From: an uncultured Clostridia bacterium | GTDB taxonomy: Bacteria; Bacillota; Clostridia; TANB77; CAG-508 | Assembly: GCA_949538735.1 (NCBI GenBank) | Contig: CATGLK010000011.1 | Span: 766-64,765, forward strand | DNA: 64,000 nt | Reading direction: 5' to 3' | In this document: positions 1 through 7,809 of the stretch, piece by piece | Layout: each line of letters opens with the position of its first letter | How positions within the stretch are numbered: position 1 is the first letter of the stretch | Program-made: the position numbers and the translations under genes | The notes under the pieces: model-generated | What the model was told of the DNA's origin: nothing | The model's database searches: none | Seen by the model: only the letters and a program-made list of their open reading frames with translations

Positions 1-1
1 A

Positions 2-1748
2 GTTGTACTTGACTTTTTCCGAGACCAATTAGATAGAAATGGAGAAGTTGAAACTCTTATACTTAAAATTAATGAATTTTTAAAAACTTATACTGGCAAC
101 CTTGTTCTAAACAACGATGACCCAAATGTTGCAAGACTTCGGACAAGCAAATCCAAATAATCACAATGTTTATTATTTTAGCGTGGAAAAATACGAATAT
201 GCAACAAAAGAATTAAAAGAAGCTGGAGAAGGTAAATTTTGCCCATTCTGCAATACTCGTATAGAATATGAATATTATCAATATTCTCACATTGGTAAGT
301 TCAAATGTCCTAACTGCAATTATGGGGATAATGGAATTTATAAATTAGCTACAAATGTCGATTTAAAAAATAGAACTTTCAGTGTTGATAACGTGGATTA
401 TAAAATTAGGTTCAACAGCATTTACAATATCTACAACTTTATTGCTGTTATATCTTGTGTAAGTTTATATAATATTGAAACAGAAACTGTACAAAAAGCT
501 TTATCAACATTTGTTTTGAATAATGGTAGATTAGAAGAATTAGAAATAAATGGTGTTCCTACTATAATAAATTTAGCCAAAAATCCAACTGGCTGTAATG
601 TTAGCCTTCGTATTTTAAATGAAGATGCTGACGAAAAAGAATTGTTATTTGTGCTAAATGATAATTTAGCAGATGGTCATGACGTTTCTTGGATTTGGGA
701 TATCAATTTTGATGATTTGAATAATGTTTCAAGAATTGTGACTGCTGGAACAAGAGCTTATGATATAGCAATTAGAATTAAAACATCTGGCTTTGATGCA
801 AGCAAAATTGAGCCTTATTTAGATTTAAAAGAAGCTGTAAAAAATTTCTATAAAACAGATGTAAAAAAATATGTAATAGCAAACTACACAGCACTTCAAC
901 CTACTAGAAAAGAAATTCTTAACTTAGGACCTGTACAAATTGAGAAAAAAGAAGATGTGTCCCAAAATGGACAAAATGTCCAAAAGGAAACGTCCCAAAA
1001 TGTCCTAAAAATATTGTACTTATATCCTGACATCCTAGAATTATATGGAGACTTCGGGAACATTCAAGTACTAAAATATCGTTTAGAGAAACGTGGAATA
1101 GAAGCTATAATAGTTCCTTATTCAATTGGAGATACTCCACCTAACTTCTCTGATTTTGATTTGGTTTTTGCTGGTGGTGGTGCTGACCAAGAACAAGGTA
1201 TTTTGTCTGAGGATTTGCTTAAGTATAAAGAAAGCATTAAGGAAGCAGTTGAAAATGGTGTATTCTTTTTACTAATTTGTGGTGCTTATCAGTTATTTGG
1301 AAAATATTATAAAGGTGTTGAAGGAAATATTATTCCTGGTTTAGAAGTTTTTGATTATTATACAGAGGCTATAAATGATAGAAAAAAAAGATGTATTGGT
1401 AATGTTGTTATTAATGCCAATTTGAATAATAAAGAAACTAAAGTTATTGGTTTTGAAAATCATGGTGGACAGACTTTTGATGTTTCTACTTCTTTTGGAA
1501 ATGTACTTGCTGGTAATGGTAATAAGTTTGGCGATAGCAAAGAGGGCTTCTTTGCAAATAATGTTATTGCAACTTATTTACACGGTCCACTACTTTCTAA
1601 AAATCCTGAACTTGCTGATTATATTATAAAATATTGTTTGGATAGAAAATATGGCGAGGATATTGTTTTAGAGCCCTTAGATGATAATTTTGAAAATCTT
1701 TGTCGTGAGCAATTGCTTAAACGTTTTCTAAATGCAGATGAAAAATAA
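2..1748 (+). CDS. murT-gatD: Lipid II isoglutaminyl synthase: MurT (Mur-ligase family, 5' end outside window) read in-frame into glutamine amidotransferase GatD; one frame break near nt 140
   Basis: Frame 2 (2..139) encodes ...GNLVLNNDDPNVARL. After an extra C at 140 the frame-3 ORF continues GQANPNN, a Cys4 ribbon (FCPFC...CPNC) and a DUF1727-like C-terminus. From ~1003, LKILYLYPDILELYGDFGNIQ...LLICGAYQ matches the GatD/CobB-type amidotransferase. There is no stop between the two parts. Confidence 0.75.
953..1007. repeat. C-family intergenic repeat copy C1, lying in-frame between the murT and gatD parts
   Basis: agatgtgtcccaaaatggacaaaatgtccaaaaggaaacgtcccaaaatgtccta recurs almost identically at 7755..7809 and as reverse complement at 33835..33875. 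Confidence 0.8.
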
Positions 1749-1777
1749 AATATACTATTATACTTACAAAAAAATCA

Positions 1778-1808
1778 CCAGAAAGAATATTTTCTTTCTG
1801 GTTTTTTT
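1778..1808. terminator. Bidirectional rho-independent terminator between gatD and the HNH gene
   Basis: Hairpin ccagaaag-aatatttt-ctttctgg followed by a T-run. Confidence 0.6.
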
Positions 1809-1815
1809 ACTCTGT

Positions 1816-2520
1816 CTAATAAAACACTTGCACATTTTCCAAAATAATGACTGGCATTGTTTCTATTTTTTTCTCTCTTTTTCTGTTCCTCTCTTTAGCA
1901 AATCTTAAAGTTTCATAGCCACCAAGCAAATTCATATTTCTATCTACAATAAGTGGTTTCTGAAATCTGTTATACCTACTATAATGATGACTTATGCCTT
2001 CATATTTTTTGCATTTTTTACTTTCTTTGTTTGTATAGTCGATTCTTTTATCTGCTCCTTTAATCTTGTTTATTGGACACTGCTTAACCCAATAACCATT
2101 TTCATCATCACACAAATAAGAAAAGTTTTTGTCATACCGTAAGTTCTCATTTTCCAAATTACACTTTTTTGCAAATTGGCGACGTCCTTCTTGGCTGCTA
2201 ATTGCTAGATATTCGTCATGTTGCTTCGGCATTAAATTTGTTTTTCTCGAGTTACATTTTTCACAATATGGAATCATATTGTTTGTAATGTCTGGGCCTC
2301 CATAGTCCTGTGGAATTATATGGTCTATTGTTGCTTTACTTCTTGGAATATGACTTCCACAGCAATAGCAACGATCGTTACCATAAATTGCATATGCTAA
2401 TTCCATCATCAATCTTTTAAATTGATATGTATTTTTCATATACAAAATCCCTTCTTCTATAAAAACCACTTTCTCTTGCTCTATATACCGAGTAAAATTT
2501 TCTGGTAATATAATATTCAT
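1816..2520 (-). CDS. Free-standing HNH endonuclease (homing-endonuclease-like)
   Basis: HNH motif CYCCGSHI...IDHIIPQDYGG...NNMIPYCEKCNSRK. It lies directly downstream of nrdD where nrdG is usually found, but lacks the CxxxCxxC activase motif. Confidence 0.7.
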   Translation of the reverse strand: MNIILPENFTRYIEQEKVVFIEEGILYMKNTYQFKRLMMELAYAIYGNDRCYCCGSHIPRSKATIDHIIPQDYGGPDITNNMIPYCEKCNSRKTNLMPKQHDEYLAISSQEGRRQFAKKCNLENENLRYDKNFSYLCDDENGYWVKQCPINKIKGADKRIDYTNKESKKCKKYEGISHHYSRYNRFQKPLIVDRNMNLLGGYETLRFAKERNRKREKKIETMPVIILENVQVFY

Positions 2521-2549
2521 TATATTTACCTCCTATCTGTTATGTTTAC

Positions 2550-2578
2550 ATTATATACTGTATTTATTGACCTGTCAA
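2550..2578 (-). promoter_or_regulatory. Consensus sigma-A promoter for the HNH gene
   Basis: Minus strand reads TTGACA-17 nt-TATAAT, then AGGAGG and ATG at 2520. Confidence 0.55.
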
Positions 2579-2616
2579 CAAATATGTCGAAATATGTCAA
2601 TTTTCCTTCGTTTTTA

Positions 2617-4743
2617 TTACAAATGCATTACCCTTTGTTTTATTTCTTTAGTTTTCCCAACATTCCAAAAATTTTCTCCTAAATATCCGCAAGTCCTTCT
2701 TACTACTGTCATTTTATTATGATCCTTATTTCCACAATTTGGGCATTCCCATTCATTATCTTTGTTTATTAATATTTCTCCGTCAAATCCGCACTCATGG
2801 CAATAATCAGACTTTGTGTTAAATTCTGCATATTGAATATTGTCATATATGAATTTTACAACTGTTTCTAATGCTTCTATGTTTTTGTTCATATTTGGTA
2901 TTTCAATATATGAAATAGAACCACCTGTTGATATCTTTTGGAATTCACTTTCGAAATTTAATTTCGCAAACGCGTCTATTTCTTCTCTAACATCTACGTG
3001 ATATGAATTTGTATAATATCCTTTATCTGTTATATCTTTTATTGTGCCAAATTTTTCTTTGTCAATTCTTGCAAATCTATAACACAAGCTTTCTGCTGGT
3101 GTTCCATATAATGCAAATCCAATATTTGTTTCTTTTTTCCACCTTTGAGTAGCATCTTTTAGATAATTCATTACTTTAAGGGCAAATTCACGTCCTTCTT
3201 CTGTTGTATGTGATACTCCTTTTACTAGTTTAGTAAGCTCATATATTCCTATATATCCAAGTGACATTGTAGAATATCCGCCATATAATAGTTTATCTAT
3301 TTTTTCACCTTTTTTTAATCTTGCTAATGCTCCATATTGCCAGTGAATTGGGCTTATATCTGAACGTGTTCCAAGCAATGCGTAATGTCTACACATTAGT
3401 GCTTCTTTGCAAAGTTCTAATCTTTCATCTAACAATTCCCAAAATTTTTCTTCGTCTCCATCTGCTATAATTCCTATTTGTGGTAGATTGATACTTACTA
3501 CACCTTGATTAAATCTTCCTTCAAATTTGTAGTTTCCATTTTCGTCTTTCCAAGGTGATAAAAAGCTTCTACATCCCATTGGACTAAACACATTGCCTTC
3601 GTAGTTCTCACGCATTTTTTTAGCTGATATATAGTCTGGGTACATCCTTTTGGCTGAACATTTTACTGCAAGCTTTGTTAGATAGTCATATTCTCCACCT
3701 TTTAAATTATTGAATTCATCTAATACATACACAAGTTTTGGGAATGCTGGTGTTACATATACTCCTACTTCGTTTTTTACGCCTTCATATCTTTGATTTA
3801 AGATTTCTTCAATTATCATCGCATTTTCTTTGATATATGGGTCGTCTTTTTCTAAATGCAAAAATAGTGTTACAAATGGAGATTGCCCATTTGTTGTCAT
3901 TAATGTGTTTATTTGATATTGCATTGTTTGTATTCCTGCTTTTAGCTCTGCTTTTACTCTTTCTTGTACTAGTTCCTCTATCATTTCTTTTGATAATTGC
4001 TTTCCGTGTTTTTCTTCAAGTTCTTTTTTGTATTTATCATAGCTTACTCTTAGGTATTTTCCTAAATGTATCATATCTATTGATTGCCCGCCATATTGAT
4101 TACTTGCTACTGTTGCAATTATTTGTGTTGTAACTGTACACGCAACTTGAAAACTTTTTGGACTTTCTATCATTTTTCCATACATTACTGTTCCATTATC
4201 TAACATGTCCCCAATGTTTACTAGACAGCAATTAAATATTGGTTGTACAAAATAATCTGCATCGTGAAAGTGCAAAATTCCGTCTTCGTGTGCTTTTGAT
4301 ATTTTTTCTGGTAATAGCATTCTTTTTGTTAAATCTCTTGATACTTCTCCTGCTATGTAGTCTCTTTGTGTTGATGCTAGCATTGTGTTTTTGTTTGAGT
4401 TTTCTTCTGCTAGTTCTTTGTTTTCGTTTCTTAAAAGGCCTAATATAGATTCGTCTGTTGTGTTTTGTTTTCTTACTAATGCTCTTGTGTATCTATATAC
4501 TATGTATCTTTTTGATAGTTCGTATTTTTGTATTTCCATTAGTTTTTGTTCTATTATGTCTTGTATGTCTTCTACTAGTATTCTTTTTTTGCCCATTTCT
4601 TCAATATAATTTATTATTTCTTTTATTTCTTCTTTTGTGGCTCTTTCTTTTGGCCTTACTTCTTTGTTTGCTTTTTCTATTGCTATTTTGATTTTTTCTC
4701 TGTCAAAGTCTACTACTTGTCCGTTTCTTTTTATGACTTTCAT
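2617..4743 (-). CDS. nrdD: Anaerobic ribonucleoside-triphosphate reductase (class III)
   Basis: 708 aa. C-terminal Zn ribbon CHECG...CPNCG and glycine-radical motif RRTCGYLG. Confidence 0.9.
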   Translation of the reverse strand: MKVIKRNGQVVDFDREKIKIAIEKANKEVRPKERATKEEIKEIINYIEEMGKKRILVEDIQDIIEQKLMEIQKYELSKRYIVYRYTRALVRKQNTTDESILGLLRNENKELAEENSNKNTMLASTQRDYIAGEVSRDLTKRMLLPEKISKAHEDGILHFHDADYFVQPIFNCCLVNIGDMLDNGTVMYGKMIESPKSFQVACTVTTQIIATVASNQYGGQSIDMIHLGKYLRVSYDKYKKELEEKHGKQLSKEMIEELVQERVKAELKAGIQTMQYQINTLMTTNGQSPFVTLFLHLEKDDPYIKENAMIIEEILNQRYEGVKNEVGVYVTPAFPKLVYVLDEFNNLKGGEYDYLTKLAVKCSAKRMYPDYISAKKMRENYEGNVFSPMGCRSFLSPWKDENGNYKFEGRFNQGVVSINLPQIGIIADGDEEKFWELLDERLELCKEALMCRHYALLGTRSDISPIHWQYGALARLKKGEKIDKLLYGGYSTMSLGYIGIYELTKLVKGVSHTTEEGREFALKVMNYLKDATQRWKKETNIGFALYGTPAESLCYRFARIDKEKFGTIKDITDKGYYTNSYHVDVREEIDAFAKLNFESEFQKISTGGSISYIEIPNMNKNIEALETVVKFIYDNIQYAEFNTKSDYCHECGFDGEILINKDNEWECPNCGNKDHNKMTVVRRTCGYLGENFWNVGKTKEIKQRVMHL

Positions 4744-4804
4744 TTCTACATTTCCCCCTTTAAGTTTTTTCTTTGTTTATTATATATTAACTCGTCTTTC
4801 TTTC

Positions 4805-4821
4805 TGTTGCAAAAGCAACAA
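4805..4821. promoter_or_regulatory. Palindromic operator candidate tGTTGCAAAAGCAACAa, ~60 bp upstream of nrdD
   Basis: Perfect inverted repeat, copy 1 of 2. Copy 2 is at 5569..5586. Confidence 0.5.
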
Positions 4822-4850
4822 AGCAAACTTATTTTTTTATAAGTTTGCTT
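4822..4850 (-). terminator. Terminator of the Crp/Fnr gene
   Basis: Hairpin gcaaactta-ttttttta-taagtttgc. Confidence 0.5.
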
Positions 4851-4891
4851 GTTTGTATGTTTTGATGTTTTATTACATTTTTGTTACATTT

Positions 4892-5533
4892 TTAATATAT
4901 TTTTAAAGTAATTTTATTCTTATTCTTCTCAATACAACCATCTTCTTTAAGAAGCTTCATTTCACGCATCATAGCACTTCTATCAACACTTAAATAATCA
5001 GCCAAGTCAGTCAAAGAAAATGGCAAAGTAAAAGTTTTATTCAAAGTTCTTGTAGAAAGAAGTGTAAAATATCCAAGTAATTTCTCGCGAATAGTCCTTT
5101 TAGTTAGTAACTCTACACGCATATTTAAGTCTATAACTTTGTTTAAAATTAATTCAGGTAAATTTTCAGTTAAAAAATTGTGAAATTTACAATTATTTCT
5201 ACATTTTGTATGTATACTATCATATATATATATTAAAACTTCGCATTTTTCGCGCGCTTCTACTAGTAGTTCATTGTTTGTTGTTACAGTATAAAATACT
5301 TCTCCAAAAATATCATTTTTTGATAAATGCTCTACTATAGTTCTATTTCCGTTTAAGTCATAACGAACTAAATCTGCATTTCCGCTTATTAGTATGCAGA
5401 ATTGGTTTCTTTTTTGTATGTATGTCGTTATTACTTCGTTTTTTGAAAAGGTCTTCTTTTGTACTCTTTGACAGTTATGTTCAAAGTCATTTATGAAACT
5501 GTCCATATCAAAATTCAAATTCATTTTTATCAA
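4892..5533 (-). CDS. Crp/Fnr-family transcriptional regulator (cNMP-binding domain plus C-terminal HTH)
   Basis: 213 aa with HTH TDLADYLSVDRSAMMREMKLLKEDG. Flanked on both sides by the same 18-bp palindrome. Confidence 0.7.
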   Translation of the reverse strand: MIKMNLNFDMDSFINDFEHNCQRVQKKTFSKNEVITTYIQKRNQFCILISGNADLVRYDLNGNRTIVEHLSKNDIFGEVFYTVTTNNELLVEAREKCEVLIYIYDSIHTKCRNNCKFHNFLTENLPELILNKVIDLNMRVELLTKRTIREKLLGYFTLLSTRTLNKTFTLPFSLTDLADYLSVDRSAMMREMKLLKEDGCIEKNKNKITLKIY

Positions 5534-5568
5534 CCCTTTTTCAATTCTGAAGGTATTATATAATATTT

Positions 5569-5586
5569 TTGTTGCAAAAGCAACAA
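5569..5586. promoter_or_regulatory. Palindromic operator candidate TTGTTGCAAAAGCAACAA, ~40 bp upstream of the Crp/Fnr gene
   Basis: Perfect 18-bp palindrome, copy 2 of 2. Confidence 0.5.
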
Positions 5587-5629
5587 TTTTTAATGTTAAA
5601 AAGAGTACAATTTCTGCACTCTTTTTTCA

Positions 5630-6937
5630 TTAAAATTTTATCTCATTAATTTCTTCCAAACTATATTCCTTCTCTTCTCCTGAAGCCATATCTTTTAGTT
5701 TGAACTTATTATTTGTAATCTCATCTTCGCCCAAAATAATAACATAAGGAATTTCCAATTTGTCAGCATACTTAAACTTAGCCTTTAACTTTTTATTATT
5801 CAAATAAATCTCAGTATTAACCCCATTATTTCTCAAAGCGGTCGCAACCTTAATTGGAACAGTCAAATCTTCCACCATAGGTATTACTAAAACTTGAGCA
5901 ATTGATTTCTTAGTTGCCTTTATTAATTCTAATTCATTCAACTTGTAGAACAAACGTGTTAAACCAATTGATATTCCAACACCAGGAAGTCTCTTATCTG
6001 TGTAATATTCTGCTAAATTTTCATATCTTCCACCTGAACACACACTGCCCAATTCTCTATAATCATCTAAAAATGTTTCATATACTGTACCAGTGTAGTA
6101 ATCTAATCCTCTTGCTATTGTTAAATCCACCTTATAATTCTTCGCTGGAATTCCAAATAAATTCATATTTCTAATTACATATTCCAATTCATATATTCCA
6201 GTTTTAAAAGTTTCATTTTCTATGTTCAAAGATTTTAGTTTTTCTAGTTTTTCTTCGTTCGTTCCTTCTATTTCTATGAAATCAACTATTTTTGTAATCG
6301 CATCTTCTGAAATCCCTATTTTTTGTAATTCTACAATTACCGCTTCTTTTCCTATTTTATCAATTTTATCTATTATTCTTAAAATATCCACAGAAACATC
6401 CTTTTGTCCAATACCTTCAAATAATCCATTCAAAATTTTTCTATTATTAACTCTAATTGTAAAATCATTAAATCCTAACTCTGTAAAAATTGAATAAATC
6501 ACACTTGGAAGCTCTGCATCATTTATTAAATCTAGTTCTCCATCTCCAATAATATCAATATCACATTGATAAAACTCACGAAATCTTCCCTTTTGAGTTC
6601 TTTCTCCCCTGTATACCTTTCCTATTTGATATCTTCTAAATGGAAAACTCAAATTTCCATAGTTTTTTGCAACATATTTTGAAAGTGGTACAGTCAAGTC
6701 AAATCTTAAAGATAAATCTGTATCTCCTTTATTAAATCTATAAATTTGTTTCTCTGTTTCACCACCTGCTTTTGCAAGCAAAACTTCTGACAACTCTACA
6801 ATTGGTGTATCTAGTGGTAAAAATCCAAATTTTTTATATGTATTTTCTATTTTTTCTCTCATTTGATTAAACAATATCTGTTCATTTGGTAACAATTCCA
6901 TAAATCCAGATAATGTCCTTGGTTCTGTTTTTGCCAT
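5630..6937 (-). CDS. hisS: Histidine--tRNA ligase
   Basis: MAKTEPRTLSGFMELLP...RFREFYQCDIDIIG. Start placed at MAKTEP (RBS aaagaaagga). The longer ORF N-terminus is a translation of the upstream repeat. Confidence 0.85.
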   Translation of the reverse strand: MAKTEPRTLSGFMELLPNEQILFNQMREKIENTYKKFGFLPLDTPIVELSEVLLAKAGGETEKQIYRFNKGDTDLSLRFDLTVPLSKYVAKNYGNLSFPFRRYQIGKVYRGERTQKGRFREFYQCDIDIIGDGELDLINDAELPSVIYSIFTELGFNDFTIRVNNRKILNGLFEGIGQKDVSVDILRIIDKIDKIGKEAVIVELQKIGISEDAITKIVDFIEIEGTNEEKLEKLKSLNIENETFKTGIYELEYVIRNMNLFGIPAKNYKVDLTIARGLDYYTGTVYETFLDDYRELGSVCSGGRYENLAEYYTDKRLPGVGISIGLTRLFYKLNELELIKATKKSIAQVLVIPMVEDLTVPIKVATALRNNGVNTEIYLNNKKLKAKFKYADKLEIPYVIILGEDEITNNKFKLKDMASGEEKEYSLEEINEIKF

Positions 6938-6956
6938 TTTTCTCATTCCTTTCTTT

Positions 6957-7065
6957 GGGTGTTTTTGGGGACAGTCCTTAAAAACACCCTTAATTGAATT
7001 TATTTTTATATTATTTATATTTTTGAAGATTAGGGTGTTTTTTAGGTCTGTCCCCAAAAACACCC
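6957..7065. repeat. B-family palindromic repeat pair (B1a 6957..6989, B1b 7033..7065) in inverted orientation
   Basis: gggtgtttttggggacagtccttaaaaacaccc / gggtgttttttaggtctgtccccaaaaacaccc. Each is a GGGTG...CACCC hairpin. Confidence 0.75.
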
Positions 7066-7072
7066 TATCCCC

Positions 7073-7720
7073 TTATATTAATTTTGGTTTTAATTCTAGG
7101 TAAATTGGTTTTTCGTCTTTTATCCTTGTGCTTACTCCATGTCCCGGATATACTATTGTTTCATCAGGTAATTTCATTAGTTTGCTGGTTATTGAATTCA
7201 TTATATCTTCTCTGCTTGACGTTGGTAAATCGGTTCTTCCCCAAGTTCCCCTAAACAAAGTATCTCCGGAGAATAGACATTTCTCACTTTCACAATATAA
7301 TGATGTACCACCTTTCGTATGCCCTGGTGTGTGAATTACCTTAAATTCTAAATTTCCTAAGTGGATTAAATCTCCACCATCTATTCTAGAATCTGCTTCT
7401 AATTCTATTTTCTCGTCTCTGATGTATGGTGTTAGGTTTATACTTGCATCATTTAACCCTTCTGCATCATCACGATGTATTAGTATTTTTCCACCACATT
7501 TATTCTTTAATTCTGTTACTCCAAATATATGGTCTCCGTGGCAATGTGTCAAATAGATATATTTTAATTTGCCACCTAAAATGTCAATCATCTCTTCTAG
7601 TTTGTCTACATCTCCTGCTGGGTCTATTATCATAATTTCTTTTGATTTTTCATCAAATATTATATAACAATTTGTTGGGTCTCCTACCCAAGTGTCTATT
7701 TTCATTTCTTTTAGTATCAT
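7073..7720 (-). CDS. MBL-fold metallo-hydrolase (glyoxalase II-like)
   Basis: HxHxDH motif THCHGDHIFG. Start at MILKEMK with RBS gaagggg. The upstream ORF extension is repeat-derived. Confidence 0.75.
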   Translation of the reverse strand: MILKEMKIDTWVGDPTNCYIIFDEKSKEIMIIDPAGDVDKLEEMIDILGGKLKYIYLTHCHGDHIFGVTELKNKCGGKILIHRDDAEGLNDASINLTPYIRDEKIELEADSRIDGGDLIHLGNLEFKVIHTPGHTKGGTSLYCESEKCLFSGDTLFRGTWGRTDLPTSSREDIMNSITSKLMKLPDETIVYPGHGVSTRIKDEKPIYLELKPKLI

Positions 7721-7754
7721 TTGTTTTCCCCTTCTTTTAATTCCGCATTTATAT

Positions 7755-7809
7755 AGATGTGTCCCAAAATGGACAAAATGTCCAAAAGGAAACGTCCCCA
7801 AATGTCCTA
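7755..7809. repeat. C-family repeat copy C2
   Basis: Near-identical to 953..1007. It sits between the relA stop and the MBL gene start. Confidence 0.8.

Noticed and set aside
1816-2520. Could the HNH ORF be NrdG, given its position after nrdD?
   Set aside because: No CxxxCxxC radical-SAM motif or activase similarity. A clear HNH motif is present instead.
3837-4691. Plus-strand ORFs of 69-98 aa rich in L, F and I (3837..4133, 4239..4448, 4385..4609, 4458..4691) inside nrdD. Similar antisense ORFs occur throughout, for example 19067..19522, 20242..20610, 20998..21306, 38826..39418, 59573..59878.
   Set aside because: They are antisense shadows of AT-rich minus-strand genes, with low complexity and no RBS or homology. 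They are not genes.
4744-4804. NrdR box upstream of nrdD.
   Set aside because: No convincing 16-bp ACACWATATATWGTGT-type palindrome. The only strong palindrome is the Crp/Fnr-associated 18-mer.
6947-7063. N-terminal ORF extensions MFLGTDLKNT... (hisS), MGTFPFGHFVHFG... (MBL, 7721..7801) and MPKRSVPSGK... (17411..17521).
   Set aside because: They are translations of the B, C and A repeats upstream of the true start codons, which have good RBSs. They are not coding.
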